Shown: positions 26,819 through 39,060, numbered from the stretch's first letter. The stretch is DNA of 64,000 nucleotides from Pecten maximus (GCF_902652985.1 NC_047023.1:40238001-40302000), one strand, 5' to 3'. Notes: generated by a model from the sequence alone, not told the origin. A program made the numbers and translations.

Positions 26819-26913
26819 GTTATTGCATGGCGTTTGAGTAATAAGGGACTTATCAAACCCGAGTGAAGCGGGGGTGTAATAAGTCCCGAGTGATGCAAAA
26901 TTATGCAATAACT
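26819..26913. repeat. Imperfect palindrome (MITE-like hairpin). A homolog lies at ~58543-58625.
   Basis: gttattgcat...gggacttatcaaacccgagtgaagcgggggtgtaataagtccc...atgcaataac. Confidence 0.65.
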
Positions 26914-28059
26914 GACTTACTGCATACTTCTCGCCTCAAACAAACAGAAATAGTGGATCAATTCCAATACCGGTACACTTCTCATCTTTATTGTTTAATG
27001 TAAAATTTACCTGTTTGAATATTTGTCAATTCCAGGGAATTTTGGCTCAATACTAACAACACAGTCTGAAAGGTGTAGTACATCCTAATGGACACAATGA
27101 TGTTTTCATATAGAGTGAATTGCTGTCTTTAGTGTTATTAAAACATGAAATATAACGAGATGTTTGGGAACATTGTAATGTATGAAAGTTTACTAATCGT
27201 GATCATTTGCCCAGAAACGTAAGGAGTCTTTCAGTCTGTTGAACAATTAGAACAAACTACGGGAAACAACCTGTTCAGAAGCTTTAGAGAGGCAGAAAAA
27301 AACTAATTTTTAGTTTATTCTTCAAGATACAAAGGTACATGGTATTCAAATAATTACCATTCGTAACGGAGTTATCAATCCGAAAGGAACTCATGTAGAT
27401 ACGTATCTTACAAAAAATAAGTGTAAATTGGTATAGGGAAACGGCTCCTGAATATTAACTTTTTTTTCGGTAAATATTTATATATATGTGTTTTTTTAAC
27501 CAAGAAATTACAAATCTATATTATTTTGAAAATTTGAAATATGTCATACAAGTTTATACCTCCATGTTTGTTGCCTTCATCATTACTTAACCTGGTACTT
27601 ATTATTATTTCTAATTTTCATTTTCATTTTTCTGAAATTTAAATGTGTTAATCACAGATTTATGATATTTATATTTCCACTGGTTTTGCTAATTTTTGAT
27701 TATCTCCCCTTTCTTACAGCATTTGTTATCACAGTGCGCTGCCCACACACCTTTCATTGTCACCTAAACCTGATTGGCGATAGAAGGGGACTATATTTGC
27801 AGTGGTTGTGGTAATAAGTGGTTTATTGCCAACACTTTTCCATTGTGAGAGGTAGGAAGTATGCAGTTGAGACCTGTATTGCCTTAACAAGTGTTAATAA
27901 GCGTGTTTCTAGATTTACGTGTGAGCTGTTTTTACTGGATATGTCCACGCACAGGTAAATGTGTGATTCATATTTCGGACATAAACAGTAATGTCGGTAC
28001 CTGATAATACACAAGGAAAACTAAAAAAAATCAACTTACATTTGACAATTATCGTATAG

Positions 28060-28560
28060 TTTGTATAGTGTTTTGGGAAACACTTTGTCAGATAGCCCGC
28101 GTCATCAGATAGCACGAAGAAGGCATCTTTTATATGTTTTTAATCATATAGCCCGAGGGCAATGCACAAAAACATTTGTATGTTGATGAGCTTATAAAAC
28201 AGGTAAATAAAAACCTTTCGAACTCCTTCAGGTTCACCTTAAGGTATATTGACGGTGTGCTGTTTTAAAATAGCAAAACTGTTAAGCTGTATTATACGCA
28301 TGACGACTTCAATTTACCATTTGTGAGTTTTCCGTTTCCATCACTTACCTTTGGTGTGTCAATATTCAAGGGTTCTAGTTATTATGGTTTAACTGACATA
28401 TGTCGTCTATTGACAGAGACATTAATAGCACAAGAATGGTGAAGGTTTTGAGTAGGTTGATGTGGGTTGATAGGTTGAGGAAGACCATGAGAAAGTGCTA
28501 TGGTCGACATCATGAACTCAAATATTCTATTCCTTGTGCGATATGAAGTCAGACGTGTAT
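28060..28560 (+). mobile_element. Degenerate Penelope-like retroelement RT fragment
   Basis: Remnant motifs NSFRFTLRYIDGVL (FRYIDDVL), HDDFNLPFVSFPF (RDDFNFPIVNFPF) and LRKTMRKCYGRHHEL (L.KFYGRHH.L), with frameshifts. Confidence 0.65.
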
Positions 28561-29396
28561 GATACTTGTTACTGTTCGCACTCGTTTGACGCTACCAAAC
28601 CTAGAGAAACAATTTCGTTAACTAAGTGATCACGAGTTAACAATCAACTCGTGATATATTGACGGTAAGTGCCCAAAAATATAAAACAAACGGTGTGGTT
28701 TCCAGCAATGTTAATTTCCAAAAGGCGTCGGCCTAAAGATTGTTTTACACTTAAAGAACCACTCACAAACATTACTTTGTGCCATCAAAGCTGGTCTCGT
28801 TTGCTAAACAATTAGTCCAAGTTAATCGATGATGCACTTCCCTAATTAATTAATTACGTAACTAAGTCATTAACCTTAGTACGCAGATTGTCACAAGAGA
28901 CATAAAATGAACAGTTTATTCTAATGTAAAGGAAACTTTGAACCATAAAGTTAATACCAAAATACTAAGACAGCTAGTATACTGCCGTCATTTTTTTGTG
29001 AACATAACAACTTAACAATTTGTGCAAAGTGTTTTTTGGCTATGATTTGTGTAACCCAAATGACTTGTTGAACGATAGAGGGCATAACAGACCACCTGTT
29101 GCACTCAAATTCTTAACATATACATGTGCCTTTCCTAATATGAAAACCCCGTATCACACATACAAGTAATCCCGTCATATGGAGGACAAGTCTTCACATG
29201 ACCATCGCTGTTAATTATAATTCCGATGGATTCTTTCAACATCTATTACAATACCGTCCTCACAATGACAGATAGGCGTGTGGGTACGGGGTGCCTTGGA
29301 TGTGAGCATCTTACAAGAGGTAATATTCTGGAGCACAACACAGTGCTCTACGAAGCATTTTGGCAAGCAGGCGGCTGTCATAATTGACGGTACATT

Positions 29397-29558
29397 TAAG
29401 CATTACACTGTCTTTTTATGGATTATATGGTCTATATAGATGCCAGAGCTTTGCAGACAATCTTCATAATGCGCGCTAGCGCATTATGAAATGATTGTCT
29501 GCAAAGCTCTGGCATCTATATAGACCATATAATCCATAAAAAGACAGTTTAATGCTTA
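29397..29558. repeat. 162-bp near-perfect palindrome (~79-bp arms, GCTA loop)
   Basis: taagcattacactgtctttttatgg...cataatgcgc GCTA gcgcattatg...ccataaaaagacagtttaatgctta. One mismatch and one 2-nt indel. Confidence 0.97.
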
Positions 29559-29893
29559 TATTTACGTTTTCTATATTAGTTTCTTTTTGATTTCAACTTT
29601 AATTTTCATTATAATTTAAAATCTGACTTTTACCGACGTTTCCATTGTCAGAGGTCAACAAATTGAACAGCCTATTGTGATTCACGTGCTGATTGGCAAA
29701 AAAAAAAATTAAAAAAATAGTGCGTGGAAATAATTAAAAAAAATACTGAAAACATCATCAGATATTTTAATAACAATATTAATAATAGTGGTAGTCAGTA
29801 TTTCAGAATATACGGATGAATTATTCAGTTTGTTAACGATTTCGGATTTAAAAAAAAAAATTACCATCCGGAACAATTATGCGGATGGAAATT

Positions 29894-30376
29894 TCACCCG
29901 TCACCACGCGCACGCAACGGCTGACAGCATTGACAGAGTTTAGCTATGAAAGTTGAATGTGCAGTGGGAGAAAGTGGAATTCGCCAAAAAATATCAGGTG
30001 TAAACATGTTCTTTGATTGCATGGAAACAGCATTACAGTTTATAGTAGCTACAACAGCACCGGTGTCAGGGATACGACCAATGAGAGAAGTGACAGTGGC
30101 CGAGGGAGTTAGACGAGCTTCAGCGACAACGTTGCTTGTGACGGGTACCATGGCTGTTTCAAGTTTAGGATGCGTTAGACACGATGATGCACCACTTGAT
30201 GCTTTCTTTTGTGAAGAAGAAGCTGTTCTATTGTATGACCGGAGAGAAGCCTCGTTCTTATGATTTGATATAAACATGATGTGTCGGGTTTCAAAATTTT
30301 TGTCATTCAAACACTGGGTGGCGGTGGCGCGCAAACAATGTGGTGTGTAATGATTTTCCACTCTGGCCCCGATCAA
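29894..30376 (-). pseudogene. C-terminal fragment of a Crypton-type (DUF3504-like) tyrosine recombinase
   Basis: HYTPHCLRATATQCLNDKNFETRHIMFISNHKNEASLRSYNR carries H-x-x-R, H and Y catalytic positions with CryptonA/KCTD1/ZMYM-like spacing (TNHSLRAT...IM..TGH....L..Y), followed by a low-complexity tail. The N-terminal part is absent. Confidence 0.82.
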
Positions 30377-32090
30377 ATATCTTTTATTAAATCTTGTTTT
30401 ATTCCATTTTCGTGATTGTTAACCATTCTTACCTTTATTTTCGTTTTACATTTTAAGAATTTGTTTTCTGGTCTCTTACTCTATCCGATAGCATGATGAG
30501 CAATGATAAGATGTCATTTGTTTATATTGGTTGCAAGTAGTTCCGGGGGATCCGGTCGCGTATGAATAACACCTGAATGCACGATTTGGGTGTCAGTTAT
30601 GCATAGAATGGTGTCACGCTTTGGGTGTCAGTTATACTCTCATAGACTGCAAATTTGTTTAGTTTGTTTATATCATGGCTTTGCCATCCAAATGTAAATA
30701 TATATCTTTATTTCTAAGAGGTCTAATCACAAACTCCAGAGGATATCCTACTATGGCCAGAAGAAGCGGAACTGTTTGAAGTTAATGAGCAAAAAAATTG
30801 ACTTTAAAAATATATATCATATTCGGTTTTCTTATTCTTTTTAATATTTTGGTATTCAGTTTATTGTTCAACGCCCCTATTTCGGTAACCTAAAATAGTT
30901 TCTGTTTTGTGACATCTACGTTCTTAGTTTAGTAATTTTGCTACAAAATTAGTTAATAACGCAGGAACATGATCGATTAATCTTTGCAAAATATAAAGCC
31001 GAGGAAACAAACTTTGATGGCAAAAAGCAGTGTATCGGTAAGATGTCTTTAATGTTACAAATATTCTTTAGGCCGACCCCTAAAATTATCATTGCTGGAC
31101 ATCTCACCTTTGTATTTAAATAAAGAAGCTACACTAATATTTAAACATGTCTATATATCGCCCGCGATGGATTATACATCAGCTTTGTAGGGTAAATAAT
31201 GTAAGACGTATACCAATAACCTAACAAATTTGCAGAAACAAGCTTTTTGAATTATTTTATAGTTACCAACCCAAACACCTTCAAGGGCACTTTTTAAATA
31301 ACTTAATATTTTACCTTTGCGAAATGCGAGAAAGAATTATCCATTAGTTTCAGTTATGAATTACAGTACTACCACAATGTAACACATCTTAACAACGGCA
31401 GTCATTTTTCTGTATAAAGCAATGACATATCTAAATTGTAACATTGTTTTTACAAGTGTATGTCGTTGTGCCTTATTCGTTGGATTCTTCATTGTGTATA
31501 TAGAGACAATTCGTCTATGATGACATTTGATCGAATGTTTATATCATTATGTATTATCATTGGCTTTTAACAATGAATTTATGTACTTGTTAGTTCGTTG
31601 TTTTGGGAGGGTCACGTGGAAGGTTATAATATACTAAATATAACTCTCCTTAATTAAAGACTTATTATTACTGTTCATTTGCTGCGCCAGTCAGAAGTCG
31701 GTTGTTCAATATGGACAATGACGTGAATCATGAATTGAAAATGGCGCAAAACCATTTCCTTCTTCATGTTTTTACTTCAAAACATGTCCAAAAGTAAGAC
31801 GTGCAATAACAAAAATGTGTTTTTGATTCTAATGACATTTCACGAAATTTATCTAGCTGTTTTGACTGGAAAACTCAAACCTAGGACCTCTGAAATTTCG
31901 ATGACATTATTGTTTATATAATGACATCATAATCGATTTCTGACTGGCTATGTTAAACGCTCTGTGGCTTATTAAACAAGTAGCAATTGCAAAACCATCG
32001 AACAGATATATAACAAACCGATCGTAGGAGAAATAATGTCCCAGACATCAGTTTGTTAGTATCCGTATTTGTAACAAAAGAAACACTTAC

Positions 32091-32379
32091 TCTTTGAGAA
32101 GTACATTTTTGGTGTCGATACGTCAACATCCTCTTCAACAATTAATCGGGAGTAAGTGTCACACGTTTGGTCGGCCGCTGAGTACGAGAAAGAGAGGCAC
32201 TCCTCACTTTTGCAATTCTTTGCACAAATAGCATGGTTTGGGATTTCAGTATTGGAACTGAGTGTATAAAAACTGTGGTTTACTGGGTCTACACGCAGTA
32301 CTCTGTTGAACTGGTAACGCTTGGGCTTAACTGTTGCCTCTATTGCTATGACAACTAAAACCAGGCATAAGATTTTCAT
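32091..32379 (-). CDS. PAN-FReD gene, coding exon 1: signal peptide + PAN/apple domain
   Basis: ATG at 32379. MKILCLVLVVIAIEA is signal-like. CAKNCKSEECLSFSYSAADQTCDTY fits the PAN core C-x3-C...C.SF.Y.....C. Donor A|gtaagt is phase 1 and matches exon 2. Acceptor tttcag at 32397-32402 precedes the ATG. Confidence 0.85.
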
Positions 32380-33016
32380 TTTCACTGCTAACACTGCTGA
32401 AACAGAGTACCTGTCATCACATTATATACACCAACACAGCCTGTCAAAGTCGTGTTGGCATTAATAAAATATTCTTATCAGGTTGAAGATGCGATTGGCT
32501 ATTTACCTCTTAAACATGGTCACAGAGTGTGAACAAGTTGATCGATCATGTTTGGAAGACCGTAACTGGTGCTTGCCGTATTACTTACTACCACATACAG
32601 TTGCGTCACCATCCGAAGGTATACAACATATCACTGTGTGTATTGATTGTTATCTGTACTTTATATACCCTAAACCTCAACAAGCCCGACATATACCTTA
32701 GATTTAGTCAGTAAGACTTATGTCAACATATTGCGATTTTAATCCTGGTCGCTGACCAGAAAACCTATGAAATAAATAAACGCACATAAACAGCCACACA
32801 TCACTCACTCCATAATATATTTGCCATACAATGATGCGATGCAGCGAATGATTAGGATAACAATTACAGTATTTCACATATTACTTACCAGGAACATCGA
32901 GAGTAAGGTAGTAACTAGACATTGTTCTCGTCGGTACCATGTATCACTCTCGAGGGAATTTTTGAAAGTGAAGTAAGGAGACGTTGGTTATTAGTATTTG
33001 GACGAGTGGTCCGTGC

Positions 33017-33363
33017 TCATACATACATACATACATACATACATACATACATACATACATACATACATACATACATACATACATACATACATCGAACACA
33101 TGCGAGTGAAAATAGGTAAACGCAAATGCTACGGTAATGCTACGGTGAGTGGACGCAAACGGTACGGAAGTGCTACGGAAATGGTACGGTAATGCTACGG
33201 AAGTGCTACGGAAATGATACGGTAATGCTACGGAAGTGCTACGGAAATGGTACGGATATGCTACGGAAATACTACGTAAATGGTACGGAAGTGCTACGGA
33301 AACGCTACGCTTAAATCGGAACTGCGAACGTACACGTGTCTGTACATACATACATACATACAT
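33017..33363. repeat. (ACAT)n microsatellite split by a ~250-bp insert of 11-bp tgctacggaa-type subrepeats
   Basis: ACAT arrays at 33017-33092 and 33343-33363. Internal (t/g)g(c/g)tacgg(a/t)aa units at 33127-33308. Confidence 0.9.
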
Positions 33364-35719
33364 CTGTATGTCTAAAACCCGATGTCAAAACCAAACTTGA
33401 TGACAGGTTTATTGTTATGTTCAGATGAGTCATCTAACAACTCCATTTCTTTTGCAAGACCAGCAAACAAATGTCTTAGTCCCAGAAGACCAAAGAGAAT
33501 GACACACGACTAAGTCCCAGAGGACCAGAGAGGAAAACTTACGACTATGTCCCTGAGGACAAAAGAGGCAAGTATATGACTAAGTAAATATACTCATTCT
33601 CAGGCAGTCAGGCAGGCAAACATAAGAGATCGTTGGCGGCGGTCATATTCCGTAGGAGACTTACACCATTTTTCATTACATCAAGAACATTCGTTGATAA
33701 AAGTTCTATATTTGTTCGTGAAGGCTACAAGAAAACAAATGAAATATGAATTTAAATATGGCCTTGCTTCAGATATATCTTGTAGATGCTCGAATTATGT
33801 TAGACGATTCAACAAAGGCGCTTGTTGAAAAAAGAATAGTATTAACAGGTGGTATTATTTCGATTTCGAAACTTATTTCGACTCATTTTGATCCTCCCTA
33901 GACGCCTCCTGGGTATTGACATTAACAAAAACACGAAACAGCTGTATGATACAGTTTACCTAATGTTGGCTCTACTGTGTTTAAATCTAGGTTTTCATTG
34001 AAAGCTTCTTATATCGTATGTATCTTTCACATGAACTTTAGACACTATAAAACCATTATGGGGATGTCGATTCGATTCGTTTAAATGACTCCCAAACAAT
34101 TTTAAACTATAACATATTAAACGGATTTTTGTGTTCCTAGCAAGAAGTATGCTTATGATAAATAGTAAAATTACGGAGTGTGGGGCTTTCTTCAGAAATA
34201 TGCATCTTTTATTTCAAATCTTAAAACCAGTCTTTTTGCAATTTTTAGAGTTCTTGACAGTGTCTGACGAGAGCATTTCGATAATTTGCAATTCAAGGCA
34301 AATATAGATTCAGTGTTTTTACAGTATATGAAGTCAAATCCGCTTAAACAAATGATTATATTGTGTTACAGACACTTGTGTGCATGAAGTATATGTGAAA
34401 CACATAAGCTTCAGTTATTGCGAATACTTACAATTGATCGAGTGACGTTTGTTAAATTCAACCATAGAAGTTATTTATATTGCAAAATATCGCTGAAATT
34501 GCTACATGTAGCTTATATGATCTTAAATGGTCAGACAACATACCGTGTTTTGGGTAAGGTATAATGTCCTTCCTGAAACATAGAAAGATGTGTCAGTTTC
34601 AGTGATTTCATCAATGTATGTAGACATTGCACATAGGTAAACGTGCTAACTAGTGCTTGAGGTAGTCGATGGCGCAGTTGATGTATCGTCAAAGTGACCT
34701 AAAGATATACGTTCGATTCTTTCCTTGGCGTCGTAAATCAATTTGATTTTTTAGTGAGCAAGTGATTTTCTGATGGAAGATAATTATCATTTTATTGGCC
34801 AAACGTATTCTCCGAAAAGTATGTAATTTTTTTTTTATTTCAAGCCTAATTTATATTTGTCTACCTTTGTCTATCTTAACAACGGCTCTTCATACAACCC
34901 GGTGTATTGTCCACTATTGGTATGGGATTTTGAGGTGTTTTTCGGTCGGTAATGGTAAAGTGATCCCCAGAAGCACCATCCTTCTTCATTTGTCAATCAA
35001 GTTTGGTTCACTAATACATATCAAGACATGGTCATGGAATAGTCATACTTGAAGAGTTCAGCGTCTAAAATCAGCAATGAAAAGAAGAAGGAAACACTTC
35101 ATTGTCTGAAGAAAATCTTATTATCAATAACTAGTCATCGAACCAACTACTTTGTTCAGTTCGTTTTTGTTAACTAGTAAAGGTAAGACTTACACGATTT
35201 CTTCAAATCCAGAATTACCTGTAAAATCATCATTTGGACAGGTGCATCATTGATCTCATCAGTTTAATTCAAAGTCAAATCTCTAGCCCCGTTTGAGTGC
35301 GGAAGACTTTCGGCGGCGGTATGCTCTATTTGTTTTTGCCTCTTCAGTAAAAATGATTGATAACAATTATTGGCTAAAGATTTCATTGTCGGACATTACA
35401 GTTTGTCACATATTAATTTTACTCAGAAAGATAGAGTAATTTGACATAATGGCTTTAAGGCAAGATTTCGCTAATTATGCGGAGTAGATATCAGTGATTT
35501 ATGCGCTGTGTACTGTTTCATTCTGCACAAGTGAGAGGTTGAAGGATACAGTAGTAAAAGGCCAGAGTGACTATGAATTCACCGCTTTTCAAGATAGAAG
35601 ATGAAATGGCGGAAAGACTTTTTATGAGTAAAAGTGGCAATACAAAAAAAAAAAAATGTCTAGCTTTGGGAATTTTTCGTTTCTTCATATGGACACATGG
35701 TTTGTTGGATGTGCAATGA

Positions 35720-36336
35720 TGTAAGGCAGCGAGTATGTCGATTAGAAAACAGATTAGTCATATATATTGTCAATTGCAATTGAAGTGTAAGTCGCTATGT
35801 ATTTGGGATAAAAAATGTAGCTCCCGTCGCCGTTCCGTTGTTACAGTGTTAAGGAACTGGGCCCAATTTATAGCATGATCATACGACATCCAAAATCGGT
35901 CATGTGACCCGGACGTTCTTACAGCAGGACACTGTCCAAGTTTTGGATTGGCCTTCAAAATCTCCCGATTTGGACTCAATGGAACAAATCAGCGGTGTCC
36001 TCCCTCAAGCTTACAGAAACTAGCGCGGGAATTGAACGAGGAGTGAAACGGCATCCCGGCTCACACCATATTGATGATATACAGGCTCTATGCGCCGGCG
36101 TTGTAATGTTGTGGTCCTAGCCAATGGTGGTCATATACACGTTACTAACACCGTTCTTGGAGACATGACCACCACACAAAATCACCGAACCGGAACGGAT
36201 TTCGGTCGGCATTTAAGCGTCCTTAGAAGGACATCCTACTTCAACATTTGATCCCTCATTTACTACATTTCACTAAAACCTGACATATCTACCGCCGTTT
36301 CAAACATCGATAATATTTCTTTATTTGTTAAGTATA
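35720..36336 (+). pseudogene. Tc1 transposase 3' remnant with probable right terminus. Repeated at ~39685-40300 and ~43640-44256.
   Basis: TRTFLQQDTVQVLDWPSKSPDLDSMEQI, PPSSLQKLARELNEE*, SMRRRCNVVVLANGGH. Terminus tttctttatttgttaagtata. Confidence 0.85.
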
Positions 36337-37224
36337 TATTCACAACTACTAGTCTGAGGCCGGATTCACCGGAGACGGCAAGGAGAAACCAACAGTGTGT
36401 AGAATATTGACAAACTTAAACATGTAAGATGATAGATAAAAAAGCCAACACCAATTCTGTACGATATTCAATATAAATTTATACTTGTTGTGTTGACAAT
36501 AAAATATTTTGAAATTGAAAATAGATAAAAAAAAAAAAAAAAAAAACATTCTGTTTTTGTGTGTTCTTCGGGTTCCATTGTGACTAGTTTAATATCCGAT
36601 TTTGTTCATATTTAGTGCTTTTTACATCGTAAAACATAGAACCGTATCCGATTGTCGCAAACACCAGGTATGGGGAATTGCAATATTCACTATAGCGCTT
36701 CTGGGCAAATACATAAATCCACGATTTCGTCTTTTGAATAGCTATACTCTTGCATAATGTATCTTCCTATAGGGATTTTTGGGATCAGACTCATTTCCGT
36801 TGTCATAACAAACTAAAAAACATGCGCTTACATTTGTTTGTTGTTTTGGGGCGTTTATATCATCGCAACAGCAGGGTCATATAAGAGTGGGTTTCAAAGA
36901 AACAACAACAGTCGAGGTCATTTGAGGACGGGTGTCTAGGAGAAATCAACAGTCGTGGATGAACCGGGATATCAATAACATGTTTTATGAATAAATTCTA
37001 TCATTTGGTGCAACATTTCTTCTACCCAATATGTTAATGATTCCTTTAAGCCTTGCTAATTAATAAATAATAACTACGCTGATGAATTATATGTAGAGCC
37101 ACATTAAATTCTATTCCAAGGAGTGACAATTGTGTTGAGCCCTACTAAGTAAGTATCTTGTCTATGTTTTTTTTTTACTTCTAATTAACATTACTTAGTC
37201 AACTTTCGGAACGATCTAAAATAA

Positions 37225-37472
37225 ATTCCTAAAACCGAAAAACTTAAAAGACTTTCATAACAAAATTCCATGGCAGAGAGTCAAAAGCTTTCTCAAAATC
37301 TAGCAAATGCAACATGCCTGGTATGTCTTTTTATTCTGTGTATTGCATAATATCATAAACTAGCCTTGTGTTCTCTCCAATGTATCTTCCTGCAAGAAAT
37401 CCTGTTTAGTCATGACTAATAAGCTTATCTTACACAATTTTAATTCGATTTGCGATTACCCCAGAAGCTAAT
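37225..37472 (-). pseudogene. Tx1/L1-clade LINE reverse transcriptase fragment. Repeated at ~41175-41420 and ~45143-45390.
   Basis: IANRIKIV*DKLISHD*TGFLAGRYIGENTRLVYDIMQYTE*KDIPGMLHLLDFEKAFDSLPWNF...KFFGF. Confidence 0.88.
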
Positions 37473-38102
37473 GTTTAAAAGGGAAATGGTTCTCTCGTTT
37501 TAATGGAATATCTAGGTGTATATCCCTTGATATTCCTAGTTTTAATTCCTTGTCGTTGTACAATATAAATATGACAAGTGACCATTTTAAAAATTAAGTT
37601 TATAGACCGAACTACAAACATACCAATTTTCTTCTTTTTTTTATTACTATTATTAATTTTTTCCATCCGGTCGAATCTGAGTGATTAATATAAATCAAAA
37701 TAAATTTGTTTCGCAATTGTTGTTAACTAAATAATGTTTGCATTTTTCAAATATTCACGAAAGTTATATTTATATAGCGGCATGACGGTTTACCTAAAAA
37801 TACTCACATTTACACTGCAGCCTAAATCTAATTAAAATTACATTTTTAATTTCTACTCCTCTACAATACACTGCAATACAAGTCCAACTATAAAACTTTA
37901 CAAAGCTAACTTGAAGTTTACGAGTCCATAGCTTTCAAACCTTTATCATAACGTCATTTTTATTGCGCCGTCATAATTGTGACGTCGGCGATAAGGAAAT
38001 ATGCCTGTGGCTGTTCCGTCTTTGACGATATTTTTTTCATTGATGGTACGAGCAAAATTCCTCGATTAAGCCTTTAAAACTCGTTGTCAAATGCAAATAC
38101 AT

Positions 38103-38267
38103 ATATGAACGTTTACTTGTTTTCAGTTGGAAGTTATGGGCTGATGAATGCTAACTGGACAAAGGCAAATTCAACATGAAGCTCTAGTGCGCTTCATTAA
38201 CATTGTCTTTGTCCAGTTGGCTTTCATCAGCCCATAACTTCCAACTGTAAGCAGTTGAATGCTTATA
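38103..38267. repeat. ~165-bp imperfect palindrome. Repeated at ~42052-42216 and ~46021-46185.
   Basis: cagttggaagttatgggctgatgaa...ctggacaaag...tgaagc tctagtgc gcttca...ctttgtccag...ttcatcagcccataacttccaactg. Confidence 0.9.
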
Positions 38268-39060
38268 CATACATGTACCAAACAATACATAATAATACAT
38301 ACCTACGGTTTGGAATGTAGTTGATAACATTTAAAATATCATCATTATATTATTTCCCGGACTTCGTAGCGTTGTTGTTAACCACGTATTAAAAGGGGCG
38401 TAACTCTTACAGGAAATTCACGAAACAATAAATGAAGACAGTTGTTCTTTTATTTCTTTCACTAATCTTACTTATGAGTAATACAAGATATGTGATATAT
38501 ATAAAACATCTTGTACGGATATCTAAGACATAATTACAAATGCACAAGAGTTACTTTAAACAGCATGTATCGGTTACGCTTTTTACTTTTTCGACCAATA
38601 TGATTGAAATTCGAGCCATATAATACACATGATATACATAACAATATTAATATGTGCATGATGATAGATGTGATAGGGTCAGATATACACTGTAGCTGTT
38701 ATATTGTCGTGGTTTCTGTCATGTCTCTTTATGTGTGTTTACAGGGAGTGTTCTGTTTACCTGTGATGTTTATTTATAATGTCCATGTGCGTCCGGTAGT
38801 CATGTACTGTTGCGTCTATATTGATCGTTAACCTGTTTGTCCAGTCGTGTGCGGGTATGTTAGAGTGTGAAGGGATGTAAACCTGGTAAATACTAGCCGC
38901 AATATATCGCTCGGCTAGAGAGATCTTCTCTGTGTATTGTTTTTTTGTCATGCACCCAACTTGATCTGAGTCTCCTAAGTTATTCATTTCAAGTCATGTA
39001 GAGATGATGAACTGATTTGGTAATGGTGTTTGAAATTGACAGAAGGGAATTTAGACAGAT

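Larger units (their letters stand above)
28690..31110. mobile_element. Old DNA element with long diverged inverted arms (~28690-29030 and ~30770-31110)
   Basis: ccagcaatgttaattt...gtcggcctaaaga, ctttgtgccatcaaag, ttaatcgat, tgtcacaa and aataccaaaata all recur in inverted order on the right arm. Confidence 0.65.

Noticed and set aside
27915-27990. Possible extra exon (tatcag|GTDITVYVRNMNHTFTCAW) in PAN-FReD intron 1
   Set aside because: No GT donor in the phase-1 position needed to join exon 2, and direct exon 1-2 splicing already works.
35087-35188. First coding exon of a plus-strand gene ending at aag|gtaaga
   Set aside because: The ATG frame stops after 10 codons and there is only a donor-like motif. 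It could be a UTR exon but is unsupported.
35770-35979. 69-aa minus ORF repeated three times
   Set aside because: Antisense to the Tc1 remnant. Recurrence is due to the triplication.
36355-36402. EAGFTGDGK...C, resembling an EGF-domain end
   Set aside because: Lacks the preceding cysteines and splice signals. Likely chance.
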